From Burkholderiales bacterium (GTDB lineage Bacteria > Pseudomonadota > Gammaproteobacteria > Burkholderiales > SG8-39), in the NCBI GenBank assembly GCA_036526195.1, contig DATCYZ010000033.1, positions 110,153 through 174,152 of the forward strand: a stretch of DNA of 64,000 bases, given 5' to 3'. Made by a program: the position numbers and the translations under genes. Shown here piece by piece: positions 55,662 through 64,000 of the stretch. The notes beneath the pieces are model-generated. The model was not told the origin of the DNA, searched no databases, and saw only the letters and a list, made by a program, of their open reading frames with translations. Positions within the stretch are counted from its first letter, which is position 1; every line of letters begins with the position of its first letter.

Positions 55662-56626
55662 AACGTCGAGCGTTTCTGGCGGCCGCCTGCGTGCTTGCCG
55701 CCATGTCGCGGGGTCACGCGCAGTCCGTGCGGCGCCCGCCACGGATCGGAACCCTGAACTTCGGTGCGCCGCCTGCGCCCGGCGGCTCGGCAGACCCGAT
55801 CGAACGGCACCTCCGGATGCTCGGCTACGCGGAGCCCGGGCAGGTGGTGTTCGTACGGCGCTATGCGTCTGGCGATCGTTCGCACTTTCCCCGGCTTGCC
55901 GCCGAACTGCTGCGCGCGGACCTCGATCTGATCTTCACACCCGGATCCGACGTGGCGCGTACCTTCGCGCGGACCGACGTGCGTGTTCCGGTGGTATTCG
56001 TGGTCAGCGACGATCCGGTGGCGACCGGCCTGGTGCGCAGTCTCGGACGTCCGGCCGGCCGGTTCACCGGCATCTCCCTGATGTCACCCGAGCTCGGCCC
56101 CAAGCGGCTCGAACTGCTCGTCGAGGCATTGCCGCGCGCACGCAAGGTGGCCGTGTTGTATGACGAGAACCATGCGAAATACCTGACGGAGATGCGCGCG
56201 CCGGCGGCCAGCATGGGGATCACCCTCCTGCCCATCCGGTTCGACACCGTGGCCGATTTCGAGCCCGCATTCGCGTCGGCGAAACAGGGCGGCGCGGCCG
56301 CGATGTTCGTCGCGCCGAACCGGTTCACGCTCGCCTACGCTGCGCGCCTCGCCGCCCTCTCGATCGAGCACGGCATACCCGCGATCTCGGCCTACGACAG
56401 CTTTGCTGCGGCGGGCGGGCTGCTGTCTTACGGCCCGGTCGTCGATGACGCAGCCGCACGTGCCGCGTCGATCATCGACCGGATCCTCCGGGGCGCTGAT
56501 CCGGCCGATCTGCCGGTCGAGCAGCCGCCGCGGATCGCGCTCACGCTGAACCGGAAGGCCGCCCGCGCGCTCGCTATCGAGTTGCCAGCTTCGATGCTGC
56601 TGCGCGCCGACCGGGTGATCGAATGA
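55658..56626 (+). CDS. Orphan ABC-type substrate-binding protein (ABC_sub_bind-like), copy 2
   Basis: MKRRAFL twin-arginine-like signal, DPVATGLVRSLGRPAGRFTG, KRLELL, GGLLSYG, DRILRGADPADLPVEQP, LLRADRVIE. Confidence 0.9.
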   Translation: MKRRAFLAAACVLAAMSRGHAQSVRRPPRIGTLNFGAPPAPGGSADPIERHLRMLGYAEPGQVVFVRRYASGDRSHFPRLAAELLRADLDLIFTPGSDVARTFARTDVRVPVVFVVSDDPVATGLVRSLGRPAGRFTGISLMSPELGPKRLELLVEALPRARKVAVLYDENHAKYLTEMRAPAASMGITLLPIRFDTVADFEPAFASAKQGGAAAMFVAPNRFTLAYAARLAALSIEHGIPAISAYDSFAAAGGLLSYGPVVDDAAARAASIIDRILRGADPADLPVEQPPRIALTLNRKAARALAIELPASMLLRADRVIE

Positions 56627-56710
56627 ACAGACGCCTCGACCCGTGCCGCGCGCTTGTGGCTTCCCGATGATTCCCCTACCCTCTGCCCCACGGGCTTGGG
56701 AGGGCGCGTC

Positions 56711-59700
56711 ATGGCAAAAAGCTCGAAGGCGAAGCGGCAGCGACGGACCAAGGCGCAAGCGCCTCAGCGTCCCCGACAAAAGGTGAAGCCTACGACCCGC
56801 GACGGAGGTCTGCCTGCCCCGGAGGCCGCGCTGCTCGAGGCCCTGCCCGCCGCCATCGCGGTCTTCGACGCCGATCGACGGCTGGCGGTCTTCAACACCG
56901 CATTCGCAGAACTCGGGCTGTTTCCGAAGTCGCTGCTCAAACCGGGTCGCGCATTTTCCGAGTTCCAGCGCCGCGATGCGAGCCTGAGGCGCCGCGGGCC
57001 GGGGCCACACGAGGTGTCGCTTCCCGGTGGCCAGGTGCTGCAAGCAAGCAAGCGATCGTTGCCGGGGCGCCAGATCCTGCTTTGCTACGAGAACGTGACG
57101 GCGGAACGGCTTGCCGCGGAGCGCCTCGATCTCGTGACCCGGGCGAGCAGCGAGGGCACCTACGACTGGGACATCGTCAACGATACGATCTACTACTCGG
57201 ATCAGGTCTTCGAGGCGATCGGCCTGCGTCGCAAGGACGTGCCCGACGCAACGGCCTGGTACGAACGCATCCATCCTGACGACCAGCCCCGCTATAGCGA
57301 ACGCCTGCGCGCCCATTTCAGGGGCGAAACCGACCGCTTCGAAGTCGAAATTCGCTTCCGCGGCCCGAGGGGCGATTGGCGCTGGGCGCGACAGCACGGG
57401 ATCGGCATCCGCGATGCGCGGGGCAAGGTCGTGCGCATGGTCGGTTCCACCGGCGATATCGATCGCCTGAAGCGGCTCGAGCAGGCGCTCGCCGAAAGCG
57501 AGGCGCGCTACGCGCTCGCCACACGGGCCGCCACCGAAGGCATCTACGACTGGAACGTCGGAACCGGCGAGCTGTACCTGTCCGATCGCGCCAAGACGTT
57601 CTTTGCGATCAAGGGTCGCAAGCTCACGCCGGCGGTCTGGAGTTCGCGGATTCATGCGGAGGACCTTCCCGCATATCGCGCGGTGATGGCGCGCTACTTC
57701 AAGGGCGAGATACAGCAGTTCGAGCACGAGTACCGCATTCAAAGCGCATCCGGCAGTTACAACTGGATCCAGGATCGTGCCGTGGCAGAGAGAGGCGAAT
57801 CCGGACGCGTGCAACGGCTGGTCGGCGCGATCACCGACATTAGCGCGCGCAAGCAGGCCGAGATCGAACTCCTGCAGGCGCACGACGAGACTGCCGCCGC
57901 CCTCGAACGGCAGACGGCGACCGCGGAAATCCTGCGCGTCATCTCGGACTCGCCGACCGACGTGGCGCCGGTGCTCAAAGCCGTCGCCGAGCGGGCAGCA
58001 CGCATCTGCGACGCGCACACCGTGGACATTGTTCTGGCAGAGGGTCAATCGATGCGCATGTCGGCATCGGTCGGGAACATCGGCCGACCGGGTGCGGCCG
58101 AATCGATCCCCCTCAGCCGTGAAACCGTCATGGGTCGGGCGATTGTTGACCGGGCCGTTGTGCAGGTCGTGGATCTCCAGAATCCGCCGGAGGGCGAATA
58201 CGCTCTTGGGCGCGAGCTTGCGCGCAAGTACGGCCATCGCACCATCCTCGCGGTTCCGCTGCTGCGCGAAGGCCGCGCCCTCGGAGCCATTCTCGTGCGC
58301 AGGATCGAGGTGCGGCCGTTTGAAGACAAGCACATCTCGCTCCTGCGGACGTTTGCCGATCAGGCTGCAATCGCGATCGAGAACGTGCGCCTGTTCAACG
58401 AGACGAAAGAGGCGCTCGAGCGGCAGACGGCGACCGCGGATGTGCTAAAGGTCATCAGCAGCTCGGTTTCGGACACCAAGCCGGTGTTCGAGAAGATCAT
58501 CGACAGCTGCCAGGGGCTGATTCCCACGACGGACATCGTCGGGTTCACGTTCGATGATCGTTCTTTCGTGCATGTCGTCGCCACGCGCGGTCCGATGGCG
58601 GACGCGTTTGCAAACCACGCCGCGCGTCCGGTCGAAGAGACCTTCCTGACGCAGGCGCTGCATGAGCGGCGGGTGCGGGTCTATCCCGACCCGATCAACG
58701 GCGACGACGTGCCCGAACGCCTGCGCAAGTTGAGCGAGCAAATCGGCAACTTCTCCTGGGCCGTGGCGCCGATCCTGACCGAAACCCGCTGCGTCGGTTT
58801 TTTCACCATGACACGCAAGCAGGGTGAGGTGTTCGCAGACAAGGAGATCGATCTCCTCAAGGCCTTCGCCGACCAGGCGGCGATCGCGATCCAGAATTCG
58901 CGCCTGTTCAACGAGACGGAAGAAGCGCTCGAGCGTCAGACGGCGACCGCGGAGATCCTGCGGGTGATTTCCAGCACGCCAACCGATACGCAACCGGTTT
59001 TCGACGCGATCGCGGCCAGCGCCAGACGGCTGTGCGACGCAGGTGCCGTCGTCGTGCTGGGCTACGACGGACGGGTGATTGACGTCGCCGCCCTCGACTC
59101 CGTCAACGTGGAAGGGGCGCAGCAACTGCGCTCCGCGTTCCCCATGCCAGCCACGGGCGGGAGCGTATCCACCCGCGCGATCCTCAACCGCGAGGTCACG
59201 CAAGTCCCCGACGTGCTTGAAATCGAGAACTACGTCCTCGGCACCGCAGCCAACGCGATCGGCTATCGCAGCGTCCTGGCCGTCCCCATGCTGCGCGAAG
59301 GCCAACCGATCGGAGCGATCACTGTCACGCGCGCCATACCGGGCCTCTTCCCCGACCGGCAGGTCGAACTTCTCAGGGCCTTCGCCGACCAGGCCGTGAT
59401 CGCGATCGAGAACGTGCGTCTGTTCAACGAAACGAAGGAAGCGCTCGAGCGGCAGACGGCGACGGCCGAGATCCTCGCGGCGATGAGCGATTCGATGACG
59501 GACGCGCAGCCCGTGTTCGACGCCATCGTGCGCAACCTGCGCCGGCTGTTCGACACGCGCTTCGCGGTCGTTCAGCTGCTGAACGGGGAGACGATCGAGA
59601 TGCCGGCCGCGGACGGCGAGCCCGGGTTCGAGCGGCTCCGCGATCACTACCCCCGGCCCCTCGACCAAACCACGATCGGCGCCCAGACCATGTTGGCGAG

Positions 59701-61213
59701 ACGCGTCATCCAGTGCTCTCCGGTGATCGGCAACCCCGAGGCTGCGATCGGCACGCAGGCGTTCGCCCGCGAGTTCGGCTTCAACGCCGCGCTGTTCGCG
59801 CCGATGATCCGCGGCGAGGCGGTGATTGGCGTGATCGGCATCGCGCATCGCGAGCCGCGGGTCTTCGACGATGATGAAGTCGCGCTCATCAAGGCGTTTG
59901 CCGATCAGGCGGTGATCGCGATCGAGAACGTGCGGCTGTTCAACGAACTTAAATCGCGTACCGAAGCGCTCACCCGCTCGGTCGGTCAGCTCACCGCGTT
60001 GGGTGAAGTCGGCCAGGCGATCAGCGCGACACTGGACGTCGAGACGGTGCTGAAGACCATCGTTTCGCACGCCATGCGCCTGACCGGACTCGACGCAGGG
60101 GTGATATACGAATACGACATCGCCTCCGAGGGGTTCCAGTTGCGCGCGTCCGAGAATTTCGACGATGAAACCGTGGGCACGCTGCGTGGTGCGGAGTTGC
60201 GCGTCGGTGAGGGCGCGGTCGGCACCAGCGTCTCGGCGCGCAAGCCGACGCAGGTGCCCGACACCCACGCGCCCGGGTACCCGGCGCGCCTGCGCGAGAT
60301 GCTCGATGGCCCCGGGTTCCGGGCCGTGCTGGCGGTGCCGCTCCTGCGCGAAGAGCAGATTATTGGCGCGCTGATGATGCTGCGTCGCGCGCCGGGTCTG
60401 TTTCCAACGGAAGTCGTCGAGTTGCTCAGCACCTTCGCCTCGCAGTCGGCGCTGGCGATGCAGAATGCGCGCCTGTTCCGCGAGATCGGGGACAAGGGTC
60501 AGCAGCTCCAGGTCGCGAACCAGCACAAGTCGGAGTTCCTCGCCAACATGTCGCACGAACTGAGGACGCCACTGAACGCCATCATCGGCTTCTCGGAAGC
60601 GCTCGACGAGCGCTACTTCGGCGAGCTGACCGACAAGCAGGCCGAGTACGTGAAGGACATCCATGGCTCCGGCAAGCACCTGCTCTCGCTCATCAACGAC
60701 ATCCTCGACCTGTCCAAGATCGAGGCCGGGCGCATGGACCTCGACCTTGCCGAGTTCGACCTGCCCGGGGCGATCGACAATGCGCTCACACTGGTGCGAG
60801 AGCGCGCGCAGCGCCACGGCGTGCGCCTCGAGCATGAACTCGATCCGGCGCTCGGAACGGTGACGGCCGACGAGCGCAAGGTGAAGCAGATCCTGCTCAA
60901 CCTGCTCTCGAACGCGGTAAAGTTCACGCCGGAGGGCGGGCGCATCACGGTGCGCGGGAGGCCGAACGGAAACATGATCGAGGTGGCCGTCGTCGACACC
61001 GGCGTGGGCATCGCGCCCGAGGACCAAGCCGCGGTGTTCGAGGAGTTCAAGCAGGTCGGCAACGACGTGGCCGCAAAGGCACAGGGCACGGGGCTCGGCC
61101 TCGCCCTCACGAAACGCTTCGTCGAACTGCACGGCGGCACCATCGGCCTGGAAAGCGCGCCGGGCAAGGGATCCACCTTCATCTTCACGCTGCCCTTGCG
61201 CGGTGGCGAATGA
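56711..61213 (+). CDS. Cytoplasmic sensor histidine kinase with ~3 PAS, 5 GAF, HisKA and HATPase domains
   Basis: PAS motifs (IHPDD, EGIYDW), repeated LERQTATA...FADQAxIAIENxRLF GAF units, SHELRTPLN, NLLSNAVKF, DTGVG, GTGLGL; no TM helix seen. Confidence 0.93.
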   Translation: MAKSSKAKRQRRTKAQAPQRPRQKVKPTTRDGGLPAPEAALLEALPAAIAVFDADRRLAVFNTAFAELGLFPKSLLKPGRAFSEFQRRDASLRRRGPGPHEVSLPGGQVLQASKRSLPGRQILLCYENVTAERLAAERLDLVTRASSEGTYDWDIVNDTIYYSDQVFEAIGLRRKDVPDATAWYERIHPDDQPRYSERLRAHFRGETDRFEVEIRFRGPRGDWRWARQHGIGIRDARGKVVRMVGSTGDIDRLKRLEQALAESEARYALATRAATEGIYDWNVGTGELYLSDRAKTFFAIKGRKLTPAVWSSRIHAEDLPAYRAVMARYFKGEIQQFEHEYRIQSASGSYNWIQDRAVAERGESGRVQRLVGAITDISARKQAEIELLQAHDETAAALERQTATAEILRVISDSPTDVAPVLKAVAERAARICDAHTVDIVLAEGQSMRMSASVGNIGRPGAAESIPLSRETVMGRAIVDRAVVQVVDLQNPPEGEYALGRELARKYGHRTILAVPLLREGRALGAILVRRIEVRPFEDKHISLLRTFADQAAIAIENVRLFNETKEALERQTATADVLKVISSSVSDTKPVFEKIIDSCQGLIPTTDIVGFTFDDRSFVHVVATRGPMADAFANHAARPVEETFLTQALHERRVRVYPDPINGDDVPERLRKLSEQIGNFSWAVAPILTETRCVGFFTMTRKQGEVFADKEIDLLKAFADQAAIAIQNSRLFNETEEALERQTATAEILRVISSTPTDTQPVFDAIAASARRLCDAGAVVVLGYDGRVIDVAALDSVNVEGAQQLRSAFPMPATGGSVSTRAILNREVTQVPDVLEIENYVLGTAANAIGYRSVLAVPMLREGQPIGAITVTRAIPGLFPDRQVELLRAFADQAVIAIENVRLFNETKEALERQTATAEILAAMSDSMTDAQPVFDAIVRNLRRLFDTRFAVVQLLNGETIEMPAADGEPGFERLRDHYPRPLDQTTIGAQTMLARRVIQCSPVIGNPEAAIGTQAFAREFGFNAALFAPMIRGEAVIGVIGIAHREPRVFDDDEVALIKAFADQAVIAIENVRLFNELKSRTEALTRSVGQLTALGEVGQAISATLDVETVLKTIVSHAMRLTGLDAGVIYEYDIASEGFQLRASENFDDETVGTLRGAELRVGEGAVGTSVSARKPTQVPDTHAPGYPARLREMLDGPGFRAVLAVPLLREEQIIGALMMLRRAPGLFPTEVVELLSTFASQSALAMQNARLFREIGDKGQQLQVANQHKSEFLANMSHELRTPLNAIIGFSEALDERYFGELTDKQAEYVKDIHGSGKHLLSLINDILDLSKIEAGRMDLDLAEFDLPGAIDNALTLVRERAQRHGVRLEHELDPALGTVTADERKVKQILLNLLSNAVKFTPEGGRITVRGRPNGNMIEVAVVDTGVGIAPEDQAAVFEEFKQVGNDVAAKAQGTGLGLALTKRFVELHGGTIGLESAPGKGSTFIFTLPLRGGE
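57902..59947 (+). repeat. Periodic conserved GAF-linker DNA repeats inside the kinase gene
   Basis: ~89-nt near-identical blocks at 58352-58440, 58865-58953, 59381-59469; half copies at 57902-57927 and 59897-59947; period 513-516 nt. Confidence 0.85.
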
Positions 61214-63600
61214 GACCGAACGGCCCGGACCGGATGATCTGGCGCGGCGGCCTGTACCGGAAGTACGTCATCCTGATCATCTCGCTGGTGTCGGTCACGC
61301 TGCTGGTGAGCGGGGCGATCGGCATGTACCGCACCTGGCTGGAAACGCGCAGTGCCCTTCTGCTGATCGCGCGCGGCGAGGCGGCCACTGCCGCGGTGCG
61401 CATCGAGCAGTTCGTGCGCGAGATCGAGAACCAGATCGACTGGACTTCGCTGCCGCAGGTCGTGGAGGGCGTCAACCCGCTGGAAGCGCGCCGCTTCGAT
61501 TACTGGAAGCTGCTTCGCCTGGTGCCGGCAATCACGGAAGCCACCTGGATCGACGGCAAGGGAATCGAACAGCTGTCGGTCTCGCGCCTGAAGATGGAGG
61601 CGCTTGGCGCCGGGGCAGATCGTTCAGCGGAGCCGGCTTTCCAGGTCGCGAGCACCGGCAAGACCTGGTTCGGGCCGGTGTACTTCCGCAAGGAGACCGA
61701 GCCCTACATGGCGATCGCCATCCGGGCCGGGCGCGCCGGGGCCGGCGTCACGGTGGTCGAGGTGAACCTGAAGTTCATCTGGGAGGTGGTGCAGAAGATC
61801 CACGTCGGCAAGACCGGCTATGCCTACGTCGTGGACGCCAACGGTCTGCTGGTCTCGCACCCGGACATCAGCCTGGTTCTCCAGAAGACCACGCTCGCGG
61901 GCTTGCCGCAGGTGAGAGCCGCGCTTGCGTCGCCGGCCTCGCCGGGGACCGAGACGCCGCCCGACGCAAGCGAAGCCGTGGATCGCGCGGGACGCGAGGT
62001 GCTGTCGGCCTGGGCGAGGATCGATGCGCTCGGCTGGGCGGTATTCGTCGAGCAGCCTACCCAGGAGGCGTACGCGCCGCTCTATGCCACCGTGATGCGC
62101 ACCGCGCTGCTGCTCGTGGCCGGGCTGCTGCTGTCGATTCTTGCCGGGTTCGTCTTCGCGCGGCAGATGATCGGTCCGATCCGCAAGCTGCAGGAGGGCG
62201 CCGCGGCAATCGGCGGCGGCGACCTTGATCAGAAAATCGACGTGCGCACCGGTGACGAGTTGCAAGCGCTGGCCGAGCAGTTCAACGCCATGGCGGCGAA
62301 GCTGGGCGAGTCCTACGCGGGCCTCGAGCGCAAGGTGGAGGCGCGCACTGCGGAATTGCAGGAGTCGCTAGACCAGCAGCAGGCCTCGGCCGAGGTGCTG
62401 GGGGTGATCAGCAGCTCGATCTCGGACACCGCGCCGGTGTTCGACAAGATCATCGAAAGCTGCGAACGGCTGTTTTCGGGGCGGATCGTCGGGCTGAACC
62501 TCGTCGGCGAGGACGGGCTGATCCGCATCGGCGCCTACCACGGCCCCCACCGGGAGGACTTCGAGCGGATCTTCCCGCTGCCGGTGACGCGCGACTCCGG
62601 CTCCGGGCTTGCGATTCTCGAGCGCCGGGTGATCCACTACCCGGACGTCGACAACGGCGAGGAGGTGCCGGCCGCCACGCGGCAGGGCTGCCAGTCGATC
62701 GGCATCCGCGCGGCGATCTTCGCGCCGATGCTGTGGGAATCGCGCGGCCTGGGGGCGATCTTCGTCGGCCGCGACCACGCGCGCGGGTTCTCGGAAAAGG
62801 AGGTGGCGCTGCTGCGCACCTTCGCCGACCAGGCCGTGATTGCCATCCAGAACGTGCGCCTGTTCCACGAGATCGAGGAAAAGAGCCACCAGCTGGAGGT
62901 GGCCAACCAGCACAAGTCCGAGTTCCTCGCCAACATGTCGCACGAGCTGAGGACGCCGCTGAACGCCATCATCGGCTTCTCGGAAGCGCTCGACGAGCGT
63001 TATTTCGGCGAGCTGACGGACAAGCAGGCCGAGTACGTGAAGGACATCCACGCCTCCGGCCGGCACCTGCTTTCGCTCATCAACGACATCCTCGACCTTT
63101 CGAAGATCGAGGCCGGGCGCATGGACCTGGACCTCGCGGAGTTCGACCTGCCGGCGGCGATCGACAACGCGCTGACGCTGGTGCGCGAGCGCGCGCAGCG
63201 CCACGGGCTCGCCCTGTCGCGCGAACTCGATCCCGCGCTGGGCACCGTGCGCGCGGACGAGCGCAAGCTGAAGCAGATCCTGCTCAACCTGCTCTCCAAC
63301 GCGGTGAAGTTCACGCCCGAGGGCGGCAGCGTTTCGGTGCACGCGAAGCCGATTAACGGCATGATCGAAGTCGCGGTGACCGACACCGGCGTCGGCATCG
63401 CACCCGAGGACCAGGCCGCGGTGTTCGAGGAGTTCAAGCAGGTTGGCAACGACTACACGCGCAAGGGCGAAGGCACCGGGCTCGGGCTCTCGCTCACCAA
63501 ACGCTTCGTCGAACTGCACGGCGGCGAACTGCGCCTCGAAAGCACGCCCGGCAAGGGCTCCACCTTCACCTTCACGCTACCGGTGCGCCATGGCCAATGA
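61210..63600 (+). CDS. Membrane sensor histidine kinase: TM-dCache-TM-HAMP-GAF-HisKA-HATPase
   Basis: Two TM helices, GPVYFRKETEPYM and GYAYVVDANGLLVSHPD Cache motifs, HAMP (DELQALAEQFNAM), GAF, SHELRTPLN; start 61210 or 61234. Confidence 0.93.
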   Translation: MRPNGPDRMIWRGGLYRKYVILIISLVSVTLLVSGAIGMYRTWLETRSALLLIARGEAATAAVRIEQFVREIENQIDWTSLPQVVEGVNPLEARRFDYWKLLRLVPAITEATWIDGKGIEQLSVSRLKMEALGAGADRSAEPAFQVASTGKTWFGPVYFRKETEPYMAIAIRAGRAGAGVTVVEVNLKFIWEVVQKIHVGKTGYAYVVDANGLLVSHPDISLVLQKTTLAGLPQVRAALASPASPGTETPPDASEAVDRAGREVLSAWARIDALGWAVFVEQPTQEAYAPLYATVMRTALLLVAGLLLSILAGFVFARQMIGPIRKLQEGAAAIGGGDLDQKIDVRTGDELQALAEQFNAMAAKLGESYAGLERKVEARTAELQESLDQQQASAEVLGVISSSISDTAPVFDKIIESCERLFSGRIVGLNLVGEDGLIRIGAYHGPHREDFERIFPLPVTRDSGSGLAILERRVIHYPDVDNGEEVPAATRQGCQSIGIRAAIFAPMLWESRGLGAIFVGRDHARGFSEKEVALLRTFADQAVIAIQNVRLFHEIEEKSHQLEVANQHKSEFLANMSHELRTPLNAIIGFSEALDERYFGELTDKQAEYVKDIHASGRHLLSLINDILDLSKIEAGRMDLDLAEFDLPAAIDNALTLVRERAQRHGLALSRELDPALGTVRADERKLKQILLNLLSNAVKFTPEGGSVSVHAKPINGMIEVAVTDTGVGIAPEDQAAVFEEFKQVGNDYTRKGEGTGLGLSLTKRFVELHGGELRLESTPGKGSTFTFTLPVRHGQ

Positions 63601-63976
63601 AACCATCCTGATCGTCGAAGACAACGACAAGAACATGAAGCTTGCCCGCGACGTGCTGCAGGCAAAGGGCTACCGCACGCTGGAGGCCGTCACGGCGGGC
63701 GAAGGCGTGGCCGCCGCGGCGCAAAAACCGGACCTCGTGCTGATGGACATCCAGCTGCCCGATTTCAGCGGCATCGAGGCGCTCGGCAAGCTGCGCGCGG
63801 AGGCGGCCACGAAGGACATCCCGGTGATTGCCTTCACCGCCTCGGTGATGGAGCACAACCGCCACCAGATCATGGCCGCCGGGTTCGACGCCTTCATCTC
63901 CAAGCCGATCAACCTGAAGGAGTTCTTCGCCACGATCGCGGCGACGCTGGCGAAGCGCGGCGGGGGCACATCGTGA
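63590..63976 (+). CDS. Single-domain response regulator (DivK/CheY-like receiver)
   Basis: ILIVEDN, LVLMDIQLP, IAFTA, ISKPI. Confidence 0.93.
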   Translation: MANETILIVEDNDKNMKLARDVLQAKGYRTLEAVTAGEGVAAAAQKPDLVLMDIQLPDFSGIEALGKLRAEAATKDIPVIAFTASVMEHNRHQIMAAGFDAFISKPINLKEFFATIAATLAKRGGGTS

Positions 63977-64000
63977 ACGACAAGCCCCGCGTGCTTGTGG
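63973..64000 (+). CDS. Start of the next gene, probably with an N-terminal receiver domain (partial)
   Basis: GTGA overlap; translates VNDKPRVLV, typical of a receiver beta-1 strand; only 9 codons visible. Confidence 0.45.

Noticed and set aside
54557..56626. Integron attC sites between the SBP cassettes
   Set aside because: The shared motif lies inside the coding 3' end, lacks the RYYYAAC...GTTRRRY palindromic structure, and no integrase is present
57902..59947. Repeat-spacer pattern as a CRISPR array or DGR template/variable repeat
   Set aside because: Repeats are ~89 nt, in-frame and ~515 nt apart; no cas or reverse transcriptase gene and no evident adenine-specific mismatch pattern

Overview
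High-GC betaproteobacterial chromosomal segment (Burkholderiales/Rhodocyclales-like; taxonomy inferred from gene order such as mrcA<>pilMNOPQ-aroKB-gltBD, hemB-yihA<>cyt c4, lptM-lysA<>cyaY). About 54 kb is mostly housekeeping and metabolic: a TRAP/aminotransferase/GntR/FAD-FeS oxidoreductase/TauD cluster, lgt, ilvD, a liv ABC operon, cutA-dsbD, hemB, yihA, cytochromes with an ECF sigma/anti-sigma pair, an RND pump fused into the lysA operon, type IV pilus genes, aroKB, gltBD and a CRP-family regulator. The last ~10 kb (54.1-64 kb) is a signalling region and the most interesting part. It holds two transporter-less solute-binding-protein (SBP) genes chained by ATGA overlaps, flanked by apparent decayed SBP relics sharing the same 21-nt 3' end. 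These precede a 3xPAS-5xGAF histidine kinase whose GAF units are separated by conserved ~89-nt DNA linkers, and a dCache-HAMP-GAF kinase with an identical DHp segment. Receiver proteins follow. This looks like a modular, recombination-shuffled, many-inputs-to-one-output sensory system (inference). A second highlight is an unannotated four-hairpin candidate sRNA (21677-21782) with a sigmaE-like promoter and anti-Shine-Dalgarno loops. No rRNA, tRNA, CRISPR array, transposase or integrase was seen.
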